Shown here piece after piece: positions 28,944-40,108 of a DNA stretch of 64,000 nucleotides. How positions within the stretch are numbered: position 1 is the stretch's first letter; each line of letters opens with the position of its first letter. Position numbers and translations under genes: made by a program. Under the pieces are notes generated by a model, which had not been told where the DNA came from, did not search any database, and saw nothing but the letters and a program-made list of their open reading frames with translations. The stretch is from positions 220,446 to 284,445 of the forward strand of contig CAVRGM010000002.1 in assembly GCA_963720715.1 (NCBI GenBank), in the 5' to 3' direction. The stretch comes from an uncultured Chloroflexia bacterium. GTDB taxonomy: Bacteria; Chloroflexota; Limnocylindria; Limnocylindrales; CSP1-4.

Positions 28944-29272
28944 TGACCACCACAGACGATCAGATCTTCAACACCGACGACTATGTCTATCGATTCGACT
29001 ATGAGACGCCGCTCACCATCGGCTGCGACTACGGCGGTACGCTGACCTACGCGCCGACGAAGACCGGGATGAAGATCACCATGGACCGATGTGCCTTCAC
29101 ATCCGGCATGCGACTCACCGGTGCCGGCAGATCGAACGACGACACCGGCGTGTTTCGGTTGGCGATCCGGCATGGCTCGGATCGGCTCGACTACGTGCGC
29201 GGTCGTCGAGGGGTCGTATCGGTGACCGGCACGTACCGCGGACAGGCGGTCGAATTGCGGGCGGCCGGGTGA
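28943..29272 (+). CDS. C-terminal domain of the preceding hydrolase (split by a frameshift) or a small coupled protein
   Basis: The frame extends upstream as RAAGYRDALDL to the C6 tract at 28903-28908. Confidence 0.55.
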   Translation: MTTTDDQIFNTDDYVYRFDYETPLTIGCDYGGTLTYAPTKTGMKITMDRCAFTSGMRLTGAGRSNDDTGVFRLAIRHGSDRLDYVRGRRGVVSVTGTYRGQAVELRAAG

Positions 29273-29661
29273 CACGGGTCCCCGCGCAGGGCGGCACGGA
29301 CTCGGCCATGGATGACGAACTCGTCGCCTCTGGTCGCTACGCCAGGATCGAGTCCATCGGTCGGCGTACGGGGCAGACACGGGCCGTGACCGTCGGCTAT
29401 GCCGAGGAGCCAGGTCCCGGTCGATCCATCGTCGTCGCCGCCAGATCCGAGTCGGATGGCTGGGCTCGCAACCTGCTGGCCGAACCAGCCTGCCGGGTGA
29501 CGATCGGGGACCGGACATTCGCGGCGGTCGCCGAACCACTCGATCCCCCCGAGCACGGACGCGCGATCCGTGACTTGATCCTCCGCTACGGCACGCCGTC
29601 CGAGTCACTCGGGCGCGGTCCGTCGTTCCGGCTCCGGCCCGTCGAAGGGGATGGGCGATGA
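29269..29661 (+). CDS. Deazaflavin (F420)-dependent nitroreductase family (DDN)
   Basis: IGRRTGQTR and WARNLLAEP; start at GTG 29269 or ATG 29308. Confidence 0.8.
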   Translation: MTRVPAQGGTDSAMDDELVASGRYARIESIGRRTGQTRAVTVGYAEEPGPGRSIVVAARSESDGWARNLLAEPACRVTIGDRTFAAVAEPLDPPEHGRAIRDLILRYGTPSESLGRGPSFRLRPVEGDGR

Positions 29662-30113
29662 CGGTCACGGTGGAGCTCGAGACCGTGATCGACCGTCCGG
29701 CTGCCGACGTGTTCGCCGCGCTGGCCGATGTCGAGCACTATCCCGACTGGCTGATCGCCTCGGGCATCGTCAAGGTCGAACGCCTGGACAGCAATCCCCT
29801 CGGGCCGGGCTCCCGACTCCGGATCTCGCAGAACGTCGCCGGGCGTTCGACCGTCCTGGATGGGGCGATCACCACGTTCGCCTCCGGATCCGAATTCGCC
29901 TTGAGCGGCAAGGATCGCGACGGGGTCACCATCGAGATCCACGCCACGCTCACCGGCGACGGATCGTCGACCCGGCTTCGCTGGTCCCTTCGCCTGCGTC
30001 TGCCCATGCGCTACCGGATGTTCGAATCGATGGTCGCCCCACAGGCCAAACGGGCGGCAGCGCTCGATCTCGAGGCATTGAGGCGCCGTTTGAGTTCGGT
30101 CGCCGAGACCTGA
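29658..30113 (+). CDS. SRPBCC-family protein
   Basis: IDRPAADVFAALAD..YPDW and a C-terminal helix. Confidence 0.85.
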   Translation: MTVTVELETVIDRPAADVFAALADVEHYPDWLIASGIVKVERLDSNPLGPGSRLRISQNVAGRSTVLDGAITTFASGSEFALSGKDRDGVTIEIHATLTGDGSSTRLRWSLRLRLPMRYRMFESMVAPQAKRAAALDLEALRRRLSSVAET

Positions 30114-30222
30114 CGCCAGGCCGGTCCTGGGGCTCGACGATCCTGTACCTGGTCGTTGCCGGCTCGGTCGCGGCGGCACGCCACTCGCAGCCGCACCACC
30201 GTAGCCGGTCTATGCTCGGGCA

Positions 30223-30609
30223 GTGACCACGGATCGACCCCCGACTCTGTACCAGCGCGCCGGGGGCACGCCGTTCTTCGAGACGCTCGTCGGCCACTTC
30301 TATCAGGCGGTCGGCGCCGATCCGGTCCTTCGACCGGTCTACCCGGAAGCGGATCTCGCCGGCGCGCGCCACCGGCTGACCCTGTTCCTCATCCAGTACT
30401 GGGGTGGCCCGACGACCTACGACCAGGAGCGAGGCCACCCGCGTCTGCGGATGCGGCACGGACCGTTCGCCATCGGTCCGACGGAGCGCGATCGGTGGCT
30501 GACCCACATGCGCGCAGCTATCGGGACGGTCGCTCCGCCGCCTGACGTCGCCGCGGAGCTCGAACGATATTTCGCGGCGGCTGCCGAGGCGATGCGCAAC
30601 CGCGAGTGA
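30223..30609 (+). CDS. Truncated hemoglobin, group II (GlbO-like)
   Basis: LYQRAGG, FY, QYWGGP and GHPRLRMRH. Confidence 0.93.
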   Translation: MTTDRPPTLYQRAGGTPFFETLVGHFYQAVGADPVLRPVYPEADLAGARHRLTLFLIQYWGGPTTYDQERGHPRLRMRHGPFAIGPTERDRWLTHMRAAIGTVAPPPDVAAELERYFAAAAEAMRNRE

Positions 30610-30701
30610 CGCGAGCAGGACCGCGGTCGTGGCTACCTGACCCGGGCAGCACGCATCGGAAGCAGAGGCATCTCCTCTGCTGGTTGGGGCCGCGGTGATG
30701 G

Positions 30702-31223
30702 CTACCAGACCGGCAGACACACTCGGGAGAGTAGCGGAACGGGCATGATGGCGAGCGGATCCCAAGCGACCGGCTCCTGGAACAGGCTCAGGACCACCTT
30801 GATCCCCACGACATACCCGTACAGCAGCGGCACGAACCGCCGGTCGAACGGGTCGGCAAGCCGTCCCGATGGATAGGCGAGGACGAGGTGGACGAAGATC
30901 GCCACCCAAAGCTCGCCGAACAGGAACCAGGGCAGGAATTCCAGCCACGGCTGCGCGAACGGGATGTACGACATCACCGCGATTAGGTTCACCGCGATCG
31001 AGGCCAACATGATCCGCCACAGGCGACCGTCCGGGTGGCGAACCATGTCGACGGCATACGCGGCGATCCAGGCAAGGTTCACGATCGCCATCCACGCGCG
31101 TGCTTCCGGCGTGATCGTCCGGAACAGGGGGACCGGCGTCAAGACCAGGACCAGCTGCTCGATCGCGACCACGCCCAGGCCCGCCAGGACGGCCAGGATG
31201 ACCTGTGATCGCGGACGTTCCAT
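30702..31223 (-). pseudogene. Truncated membrane domain of a sensor kinase-type protein
   Basis: Several transmembrane helices with [18 protein letters not shown]; the ORF ends abruptly. Confidence 0.5.
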
Positions 31224-31438
31224 GAGGCGAATGGTCCCATCGGCGTCCAGTGGGCGACACCGGGCCGTCCCGCGATCCTCGTCGCCTGGTCGGGGGGCTG
31301 GCCCCCTGTCGCCGAGCATCGATCGACCTGCATCGTGGATCGAGTTCGAAGTGGATCGAACCGAGCGCGGAGGATCGCAAGATGATGGGAAGCACGACAC
31401 ACCGTCAGCTGTCGCTTGCTCGGACTCGAACGCGTCCA

Positions 31439-31651
31439 ATGACCGGACACCGGACCTTGAAGAGGCCGCGCGCGAATGCCCTCGGTCTTGGATCTATCCT
31501 TCTCGTGATCCTGTTCGCTTTCGTGATGGGTGCCACGATGTCGTCGTCGGCAGACCATGGTTCCGCCTCCAGGTCAGGTCCGTCGATCGACCTTCCCGCG
31601 CCCGCGCCCGTCCCGGGGCCCGCGCCCGTCTCCGGGCGTCGGCCGACCTAG
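31439..31651 (+). CDS. Small membrane or secreted protein with a Pro-rich tail
   Basis: Basic N-terminus, one hydrophobic helix and PAPAPVPGP tail. Confidence 0.4.
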   Translation: MTGHRTLKRPRANALGLGSILLVILFAFVMGATMSSSADHGSASRSGPSIDLPAPAPVPGPAPVSGRRPT

Positions 31652-31743
31652 GGATCCGATCGGCGATTGACGTCTCATCGATCGGTTCGGACCGGTACAC
31701 TGCGACAAGGACGGCCGAGCGCCGACGACAGACCGGAGGGACA

Positions 31744-33525
31744 TTGGCGGACGCGACCTCGACGCGGGACGAGCCGCTGGACGACGCGTCCGATCTGCGG
31801 CCGCCTGACCGCGGCAAGACGGTCCACGGCGAGGCGGCCAATGCCGGCCATCGTGTCCTCGCTCCTGACGATGCCGAGGTCGAGGCGTATCTCGAGACAG
31901 CGCTGAACGCGGCCGCTCCGGCCCGTTCTGCCGATGATCACCCCGGCGGGGCCGAGACCGCGGGATCGGGCACGGTCGCGGTCCTCGATTTCGGCAGCCA
32001 GTTCGCCCAGCTCATCGCACGACGCGTCCGCGAGCTCGACGTCTACTCGGAGCTGTTGCCCCACGACACGACGCTTGAAGAGCTGGAACGGCGCGGGACG
32101 CGCGCGATCATCCTGTCGGGCGGACCGATGTCGGTCTACGACGCGGACGCGCCACGCCCCGATCCGGCCATCTGGTCGGGTCGCATCCCGGTCCTGGGCA
32201 TCTGCTACGGAGCCCAGATGATGGCCCTCGAACTCGGTGGCGACGTGATGGCGGCGGATCGCCGCGAATATGGCCCAGCGAACGTGACCATCACCGATGG
32301 AGACGGCCTGTTCAGCGAGATCGACCGCGAACAGCCCGTCTGGATGAGTCATGGCGATTCGATCACCCGATTGCCTGAGGGCTTCATCGCCACCGCCCAG
32401 TCCAATTCCACGCCATATGCGGGGTTGGCGGCGCCCGATCGCCACCTTTACGGGATCCAATTCCACCCGGAGGTGGTGCATACGCCTCGCGGCCGGCAGG
32501 TCCTCCGGAACTTCGTGGAAGGGATCGCCGGGATCTCGCCGACGTGGACCGCCGTCAACTTCATCGAGACCACCGTGACCGGGATCCGCGAACGGGTGGA
32601 TGCCCACGCCCGGCTCACCGGCTCCGATGGCCTGGTCATCTGCGCGCTGTCCGGTGGCGTGGATTCGGCCGTGGCCGCGGCGCTCGTCCATCGGGCCGTC
32701 GGCGACCGCCTGACCTGTATCTACGTGGATCACGGCCTGATGCGCAAGAAGGAATCCGAGCTGCTCCGAGTGACCTTCGAGCGAGATCTCGGGATGAACC
32801 TGATCATGGTCGACGCCCGCGATCGCTTCCTCGCCCGGCTCGCCGGTGTCGAGGATCCCGAGGAGAAGCGGCGGATCATCGGTGATGAGTTCATCCGCGT
32901 GTTCGAGGAGGAAGCGGCCAGACTTGGCAGCATCGACTTCCTGACCCAGGGCACGCTCTATCCGGACGTCATCGAGAGTGCCACCGCGGAGACCAAGACC
33001 GCACAGAAGATCAAGACCCATCACAACGTGGGTGGCCTGCCGGCCGATCTTCGCTTCCAGCTCATCGAGCCGCTTCGATACCTGTTCAAGGACGAGGTCC
33101 GCAAGGTCGGTCTCGAACTCGGCCTGCCTGACGCGATGGTCCTCCGCCAGCCATTCCCAGGTCCCGGTCTCGCCATCCGGATCATCGGCGAAGTCACCGC
33201 AGAGCGGCTCGATACGCTTCGCGAGGCGGACTGGATCGTCATCGACGAGATCAAGGGGGCCAACCTGTATCGGAGCCTGTGGCAGTCATTCGCCATCCTG
33301 ACCCCCGTCCGGTCGGTCGGGGTGATGGGCGATGGCCGGACGTATGCCAACGTCGTCGCGATCCGGGCCGTGACGAGCGAGGACGGCATGACGGCCGACT
33401 GGGCAAAGCTCCCGTACGACGTCCTGGGCAAGATCTCGTCCCGGATCGTCAATGAGGTCCCGGGCGTCAACCGGGTCGTGTACGACATCAGCTCGAAGCC
33501 GCCGGCCACCATCGAATGGGAATGA
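31744..33525 (+). CDS. guaA: GMP synthase (glutamine-hydrolysing)
   Basis: [32 protein letters not shown] and [14 protein letters not shown] precedes TTG 31744. Confidence 0.97.
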   Translation: MADATSTRDEPLDDASDLRPPDRGKTVHGEAANAGHRVLAPDDAEVEAYLETALNAAAPARSADDHPGGAETAGSGTVAVLDFGSQFAQLIARRVRELDVYSELLPHDTTLEELERRGTRAIILSGGPMSVYDADAPRPDPAIWSGRIPVLGICYGAQMMALELGGDVMAADRREYGPANVTITDGDGLFSEIDREQPVWMSHGDSITRLPEGFIATAQSNSTPYAGLAAPDRHLYGIQFHPEVVHTPRGRQVLRNFVEGIAGISPTWTAVNFIETTVTGIRERVDAHARLTGSDGLVICALSGGVDSAVAAALVHRAVGDRLTCIYVDHGLMRKKESELLRVTFERDLGMNLIMVDARDRFLARLAGVEDPEEKRRIIGDEFIRVFEEEAARLGSIDFLTQGTLYPDVIESATAETKTAQKIKTHHNVGGLPADLRFQLIEPLRYLFKDEVRKVGLELGLPDAMVLRQPFPGPGLAIRIIGEVTAERLDTLREADWIVIDEIKGANLYRSLWQSFAILTPVRSVGVMGDGRTYANVVAIRAVTSEDGMTADWAKLPYDVLGKISSRIVNEVPGVNRVVYDISSKPPATIEWE

Positions 33526-33591
33526 GCCCCCTGACCATCACCTGACGGATGGGTCATCGAAACGGTCGCGCGACGCGCTAGGATTTCGCCC

Positions 33592-34320
33592 ATGGCTGAA
33601 TCGAGACCGGCTCCGGATCCCGCGACCGGACAGATCTGCCCGTGGTGTTCGGCTGCGCTGCCACCCGGTGTGGCAGATTGCCCCTCGTGTGGTGCCCAAC
33701 TCATCGCCGAGCACGACTCCGATCTGCCCGGCCTGACGACCGTCGACGCACGAGCAAAACGGCCCGAGATCAAGGTGCGCTCGAAGAACCGCCTGCTGTC
33801 CTGGATCAGTGGCGATTACGCCGACGACGTGACCAGCAAGGCCGATGCGCTCGCGGTCGCACCGCCAGACCTGGCGGTCCAGCAGGAGATCCTCCGCTTG
33901 CAGATCGCCGCGGACCTGGCCGACCTCCAGGCCGAGGTGGCCTCCATGGCGGCCGATGAACTGGTCGAGACGGGGGTGCGCGATGATGCCGGCGAAGGCT
34001 CGACCGGATCGGCCGAGTCGCTCGCTGCTGTGGCTCCCTCCGACGACGAGGCGAGTGTCGAGGCCCGGCAAGAGACCGGCGAGATAGCCGAGGCGGGCGC
34101 CGAAGCCGAGGAGTCGACCGTCGGCCAGGCCGAAGCAGCGCCGGCGGAGCCCGAGGCCGAGGCCGCGCCGGCAGGCGATCCACCAGAGGAAGATCCGGCG
34201 GCCGAGCGCGAGCGGCTCCGGCTTGATCTCGAAGCGCAGATCGCCGCGCTCCAGGCCCAGATGGAGGCGATGACGGCAGAGGTGCCCGAGACTCCTGCCG
34301 AGGGTCCGACGGCGAGCTGA
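33592..34320 (+). CDS. Zinc-ribbon protein with an acidic tail
   Basis: CPWC..CPSCG; Glu/Ala-rich; leaderless -10 element. Confidence 0.7.
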   Translation: MAESRPAPDPATGQICPWCSAALPPGVADCPSCGAQLIAEHDSDLPGLTTVDARAKRPEIKVRSKNRLLSWISGDYADDVTSKADALAVAPPDLAVQQEILRLQIAADLADLQAEVASMAADELVETGVRDDAGEGSTGSAESLAAVAPSDDEASVEARQETGEIAEAGAEAEESTVGQAEAAPAEPEAEAAPAGDPPEEDPAAERERLRLDLEAQIAALQAQMEAMTAEVPETPAEGPTAS

Positions 34321-34341
34321 CCCCGGGCTATCCTGCCATCC

Positions 34342-34800
34342 ATGCCCGATGGCCTTCCACCTCCTGGCCCGTCATACCTGCGCGAGCGACCGGTCCGTGT
34401 ATCCGGGCGGACGGTCCTGGCCGGCATGGCCCGCCCGACGGAAGCGCCCGATGGCTGGTGGCTGGGGATCCTGTGGGCCGTCAGTGACGGAGCCGTGGTG
34501 AGCTTCGCCGACATCGCGCCGACCGGCGGACCGCCCCCGGATCCACCATTGTCACGGTTGGGCCCGGCGATGAGCGGGGCACTGTCGGGGTTCATCCTTG
34601 AGGACGCCGGACGGCTCCAGATGCGCCTCGGGCTGATCTCGCCACCGGCCGATCCGACCCGGCCATGGCGCGTCCCGCTGGCGATCCGCGCCGCCTTCCG
34701 GTTCGAACCGGCCCGAGCTGCCACCTTGCTTCCGAACGAGCTTGCCGACACCGTGCTCGTCGGATTCGTCCATGCGCTGGAGCGGCTCCACCGGCCCTGA
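34342..34800 (+). CDS. Hypothetical protein
   Basis: Fills the gap, has globular composition, and TATCCT lies 7 nt before the ATG. Confidence 0.65.
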   Translation: MPDGLPPPGPSYLRERPVRVSGRTVLAGMARPTEAPDGWWLGILWAVSDGAVVSFADIAPTGGPPPDPPLSRLGPAMSGALSGFILEDAGRLQMRLGLISPPADPTRPWRVPLAIRAAFRFEPARAATLLPNELADTVLVGFVHALERLHRP

Positions 34801-34827
34801 TGTCTCACCCCGGGTAGACTCCCCCGG

Positions 34828-37800
34828 ATGCGCGACCTGTTCGACGACTTCATGGAAGAGCTGCGCAAACGCGAGGCGTTGGCCCGCGGCCAGGACCCGG
34901 GTCCGGATCGAGGCGACCGGTCGGGCGACGACGACCTGGCCGGATCCGACCCTGATGAGTCCATCGACGACGACGATGCATCCGATGCTGACGACGAGGC
35001 CGATGGCGAGGCGGACGGCGAGGCCGACGAGACCCGGACGCCGGAACCAGTGTCGATCGTGCCCGACGGACGAGCCGACAAGCGACCTCCACGGCGTCGA
35101 GGGCCGGGCGGGCCGGACGACGGTGGGTCGAGCCGGGCGGCCCGAGCGGGTCGTCGAATTCGGCCTGGTCCTTGGGATCATCGTCGTCATCGCGATCTTC
35201 CTGCTGTTCAGTGTGGGCATCGACCTGTGGACCGATGCCGAGTGGTACCAGAGCGTTTCATTCGATTCCGTCTTCTGGACGCGCCTGATCGCGACGTTCG
35301 GCCTTGGGGTCGGTGCCTTCGTCGTCGCCCTTGGAGTCCTGCTCGGGAACATCTGGCTGGCGGGCCGGCTGGCACCGGTCGGCGATGGGAGTGGCGGAGG
35401 CCTGCGGTCCATCGTCGACCGCCTCAACGACGCCGCTCGGGCCGCCGATGAGGGCAGGGGCCGTGGCGGTTCGGCGTTCAGTGGCGGTCGCTCCCCGTTC
35501 GGGGACCGCGGGGCCGGGACGGGCCGTGGCGGTCAGGCGATCGTCTTCGAAGCGGGCGACCTGCCCGACCTGACACCACTTGCCGGCTGGGCCCTTGGCG
35601 GGCTGGCCATCTTCATCGCCCTGATCGTCGCGGCATCGGTCTCCGGAGCCTGGGAGACGGTCCTGCTCTGGATCCACCGGGTGCCATTCTCGCCGACGGC
35701 TTCGGTCACCGATCCCATCTTCAACCGCGACATCGGGTACTTCCTGTTCGAATTGCCGTTCCTGCGCCTGATCCAGGGCCTGTTCAACGGCCTGATCGTC
35801 GCCGCGCTCCTGGTGACCTTGACCCGCTATCTGATCAGCGCCTCGAGCGGCGGCCTGGTATTCGGCACGCCGATCCGGCTCCACCTTGCGGTGCTCGGTG
35901 CGCTGTTCCTGCTGTCGGTCGCGTTCGGCTACCAGCTGGACAAACTGGAGCTGGTGTACAGCACGCGGGGTGTGGCGACGGGCGTCAGCTTCACCGACCA
36001 GAACGCCCAGTTCATGGCGTACGACGTGCTCACCGTCATCTCCGGGATGGCCGCGGCGCTGCTTGTCGGCGGGGCCTTCACGCGGGTCCTGTGGCCGCTT
36101 GGGCTGACCATCGCGGTCTGGTTCCTGGCCTCGATCATCATCGGTCGGCTCTACCCGGAAGCGATCCAGCGCTTCACCGTCGATCCCAACAAGAATGCCC
36201 AGGAAGCCCGGTACGTCGGCAACAACATCGCGATGACCCGGCTCGCGTACGACCTCGAGTCGTGGCAGGACATCCCGTTCCAGGGTGACCAGATCCTGAC
36301 CGAGGCCCAGATCGAGGCCGAATCCGACACGTTCCAGAGCGCCCGCCTGTGGGACTACCGGCCGCTGCGAACGACCCTCGATCAGCTCCAGACGGTCCGC
36401 AAGTACTACGACTTCACTGACGTCGACACGGACCGCTACGTCATCAACGACGTCCAACGCCAGGTCATGCTGTCGGCGCGCGAACTGGCGATCGAGCAGA
36501 ACCCCGATGCCACGGGCTGGGTGAACCAGCGGATCGTCTTCACCCACGGGATCGGCGCGGCCATGGTCCCGGTCAACGAGGTCACCAACGAGGGCCAGCC
36601 CCGGCTGCTGATCGGCAACATCCCGCCGACGTCGGTCGCCGGTGCGCCGGAGATCACCCAGCCGCGGATCTATTTCGGAGAGCGGCCCAGCCCGTACCTG
36701 GTGGTCGGCGCACAGCAGAACGAATTCGACTACCCGACCGGTGAGTCGGACAGCGGCAGCGATCCGACGACGCGCTGGAGCGGCACGACCGGGATCCCGC
36801 TCGACACGACGCTCCAGCGGATGCTGTTCGCGCTCCGGTTCCGCGATCTCGACCTGCTCATCAGCGACCAGGTGACGCAGTCCAGCCAGCTCCTGTTCCA
36901 TCGGTCGCTGGACGACCGACTGTCGCGCATCGCGCCGTTCCTCTCGTTCGACAAGGATCCGTACATCGTCATCGATGACGCCGGACGGATCGTCTATGTC
37001 CAGGACGCGTTCACGACGTCCGACCGGTTCCCGAACGCCCAGGCATTCGACCCGACGACGCTCGTCGGGACCGGCCTGGGCCGCAGCCCGTTCGACTACA
37101 TCCGGAACAGCGTCAAGATCACCGTCGACGCGTACGACGGCACGATGCACTTCTACATCAGCGACCCGGACGACCCGATCATCCGGGCGTATGCGGGCGT
37201 CTTCCCGGATCTGTTCGAGCCGATGGACGCGATGCCGACCGACCTTCAGGCCCATCTGCGCGTCCCGGAGGAGCTATTCAACGTCCAGACCCGGATGTTC
37301 GGCCGGTATCACGTGACGGATATCCAGCAATTCATCCAGAAGAACGACCTGTGGAGCGTGCCGGAGCAGACCAGCGAGCAGACCCTGCCGAGCGAGGCCT
37401 ACTACGTCGAGATGCGGCTGCCCAATGAGGAGGGCGTGGAGTTCCTCCTCCTTCAACCGATGGTCCCGACCCAGCGCCCGAACATGATCGCCTGGATCGC
37501 AGCCCGGATGGATGCCCCGAACTACGGCCAGACCCAGGTCTACCGCTTCCCATCCGACACGACGGTCTTCGGGCCGGCCCAGATCGAGGCCCGGATCGAC
37601 CAGGACCCCGCGATCAGTGCCCAGATCTCCCTCTGGAACCAGTCTGGCAGCGATGTCATCCGGGGCAGCCTCATCGTCGTCGCGCTCGACGATTCGCTGA
37701 TCTATCTCCAGCCGGTCTACCTCCAGTCCACTGGCTCGGCCTTTCCGGAGTTCAAGCGGATCGTCGTTGCCTCGCCACGCCAGGTCGTCTGGGCGGAATC

Positions 37801-38146
37801 GCTCGGCGACGCCCTGCAACAGCTGGTCTCGGCCGAAACGTCACGACCCCCGGGCGGACCGTCGCCCAGCCCATCCGGTGGACCGGGTCCGTCGGCGTCA
37901 CCGGGCCCAGCTTCCAGTGCGACCCCGGGTCCGACTCCGAGTGTCCTCCTGCCCAGCGATGTGACCGGTCTGATCGCCTACGCCAACGTCCACTTCGAAG
38001 CCGCGCAGGCCGCGTTGCGGGCCGGTGACTTCTCGACGTATGGCGATGAGATGGCACTCGTCGAGGCCGCCCTTCGGCAGCTCCAGATCCTCGCTCCTGG
38101 CCTGGCCGCCCCGACACTCGCGCCGGCCGACAGTCCGGCACCGTGA
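34828..38146 (+). CDS. UPF0182 membrane protein with a +1 frameshift near 35157
   Basis: DPIFNRDIGYFLFELP, RLWD, YDFTDVDTDRY, FTHG, PRIYFGE and YIRNSVK. The real start at ATG 34828 is in another frame. Confidence 0.88.
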
Positions 38147-39129
38147 ACCGGGGAGCGGGGCTCGTCGGAGCGCTGCTCGTGACCATCGCGATACCGACGA
38201 CCTGGTCGCTGGCCCTGGCCGCGTTCCTCATCCGTGGCGGTGCCATCGTGTTCTTCGTCCCGATCGCCGTCCTGCCGACGGCGGCCGGGCTTGGCAACGC
38301 GCTGGGCCCGACCCTGACATCGATCGCCTTCGGGTCCATGTCGACCAGCACGGTCCTGCTGGCTGTCGGCCTCGTCGTGGGCATGATCGTCGCCCTCGGC
38401 CTGATCGGCTGGCTGGCGGCTGCGCTTGAGGCGGAAGGGATCCGGATCGTCGCCGTCGACGATGAGAGCAGTGGGCCGCGGGTCGTGCCGATCGCTCCCA
38501 TCGGTGCGGGCGTCGCCGGGCGAGTCCTGGCGGCCCGGCTCATCGCCAACGTGCCACTCGTGATCAGCCTGGTCTGGGCGGCGATCCGATTGGTGAACCT
38601 GACCTATGTCGAACTGACCCGCCCAGTCGACGTCGGTACCCCGTTGTTCGGACGAGTCCTGGGCGGCGCGCCGGAGGTCATCGCGATCGTCGTCCTGGCC
38701 TGGATCGCCGGCCAGACCGTCGGCGCGATGGCCGCCCGCGCGATCGTGATCGACGGGTATGGGCCTGCCGACGCCGTTCGTTCGGCCCTCCGCGCGTCGA
38801 TTCGTCATCCGGTTCGATCCGCTGCCCGGTTCCTGATCCCGACCCTGGTGCTCGGCCTTGTGATCCTGCCGTCGGTCCTGGCCGCGGCGGCCGCATGGTC
38901 CGCCGTCGCAGACGTCCTCCACGACCCGCTCGACCCGATCGGGATCCTCGCCGCCGTCCTCGTCTTCGTCGCCCTGTGGGCCACCGGGCTGCTGTTGACG
39001 AGTGTCGTCGTCGCATGGCGATCTGCGGTCTGGACCGTTGCCGCGGTCGACGAGAAGAGGACGTTCGGGGGGTCGATCGGTAGCCGACCGGGTGACTGGC
39101 GCCCGGACGGTCCGTCTGCCAAGGTGTGA
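38143..39129 (+). CDS. Hypothetical multi-pass membrane protein
   Basis: Hydrophobic helices; GTGA coupling to UPF0182. Confidence 0.7.
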   Translation: MNRGAGLVGALLVTIAIPTTWSLALAAFLIRGGAIVFFVPIAVLPTAAGLGNALGPTLTSIAFGSMSTSTVLLAVGLVVGMIVALGLIGWLAAALEAEGIRIVAVDDESSGPRVVPIAPIGAGVAGRVLAARLIANVPLVISLVWAAIRLVNLTYVELTRPVDVGTPLFGRVLGGAPEVIAIVVLAWIAGQTVGAMAARAIVIDGYGPADAVRSALRASIRHPVRSAARFLIPTLVLGLVILPSVLAAAAAWSAVADVLHDPLDPIGILAAVLVFVALWATGLLLTSVVVAWRSAVWTVAAVDEKRTFGGSIGSRPGDWRPDGPSAKV

Positions 39130-39166
39130 CCGATCGGCCGATCGGCCGGGACGGCGAGGATCGAAG

Positions 39167-39991
39167 ATGACGGCACGGACCATCGACTGCGCCGAATGCG
39201 GTGCGTCGGTCGCCTACGGGCGACTGTCGTGTCCCGAATGTGGTGCGCTCCTGGCCTCGCTGGCCGGCGCCGCGACCCCGGCAACGCGACCGAGCGCCAC
39301 GCCACTCAACCCCCCCGACTCGATCGACGACCCGATCCCGGTCGAACCGGTCGCGACCACCGTGGTCGGTCCGGCCGTCGCTGTTGCGGTCCCATCCATC
39401 CCGTCGGTGCTCCGGGACTCGCCCAACGTCGTCCGAGCGCCTGCCTTCGTGCCGGCGATAGCGGGCGGCGCGCCGGTCTGGCCGGCGGACGCCAACGGGA
39501 TCGGGCAGACGAGTCAGGGTGGACCTGACACCTCGCCCGACCGACCACCCACGACCATCGGGCCGAGCTCCATGGATGCGAGCCGAGTCGCTGAGGTCGC
39601 TGGTTGGTTCATCCTCGTCGGCGCGGCCATGTCCGTGGTCGGGTTCCTGCTGCCTTGGTCAAGAGTCGTCATCGGCGCCGGCTCGTATGGCGGGTATCTC
39701 AGCACCTGGGGGCTGGCCAGCCCGACCCACCTGTTCGTATTCGTCGTGATCGTCGGCCTGCTGGCTGTCGCGACGCTTCGTCCGGACCGGGTGCCGACCT
39801 GGGTGGCCTTCGGTGTCGTCGGGCTGGGGCTGGGTGGCCTGTTGCTCGGCCTCGCCTGGCCGTATCTCGTCGGGCCGCTCGGAGCGCAGCTCGGCGTGCT
39901 CATCGTCGGGCTCGGCGGTCTCGCCCTCGTGATCGGCGGCACGCTCAGCGTCTGGTCGTCACGTCACCTCGGGGACGGACCAGCCGTCTGA
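39167..39991 (+). CDS. Zinc-ribbon + Pro-rich linker + membrane domain protein
   Basis: CAECG..CPECG, about four C-terminal transmembrane helices, and GAGGA RBS. Confidence 0.75.
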   Translation: MTARTIDCAECGASVAYGRLSCPECGALLASLAGAATPATRPSATPLNPPDSIDDPIPVEPVATTVVGPAVAVAVPSIPSVLRDSPNVVRAPAFVPAIAGGAPVWPADANGIGQTSQGGPDTSPDRPPTTIGPSSMDASRVAEVAGWFILVGAAMSVVGFLLPWSRVVIGAGSYGGYLSTWGLASPTHLFVFVVIVGLLAVATLRPDRVPTWVAFGVVGLGLGGLLLGLAWPYLVGPLGAQLGVLIVGLGGLALVIGGTLSVWSSRHLGDGPAV

Positions 39992-40108
39992 CCCTGCGGA
40001 CGTCGCACAGCCAGCCGAACGGCCCCTGCTACACTGCCCCGAGCGAATCGGGGCGTGCCCCGGTCGCCCTGGCCATGGTGAGGCTCACGGAGGCAGCGAC
40101 CCAGGCGC

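Noticed and set aside
30964-31743. 853-aa GuaA fusion implied by the track
   Set aside because: The upstream part is stop-free GC-rich sequence overlapping other ORFs; the RBS and -10 box support TTG 31744.
31744-33525. Integrated element at the guaA 3' end or a purine riboswitch upstream of the gua genes
   Set aside because: No integrase, direct repeat or compositional shift follows guaA, and no purine aptamer consensus was recognised by eye.
35258-37255. 665-aa minus-strand ORF
   Set aside because: It is the antisense shadow of UPF0182.
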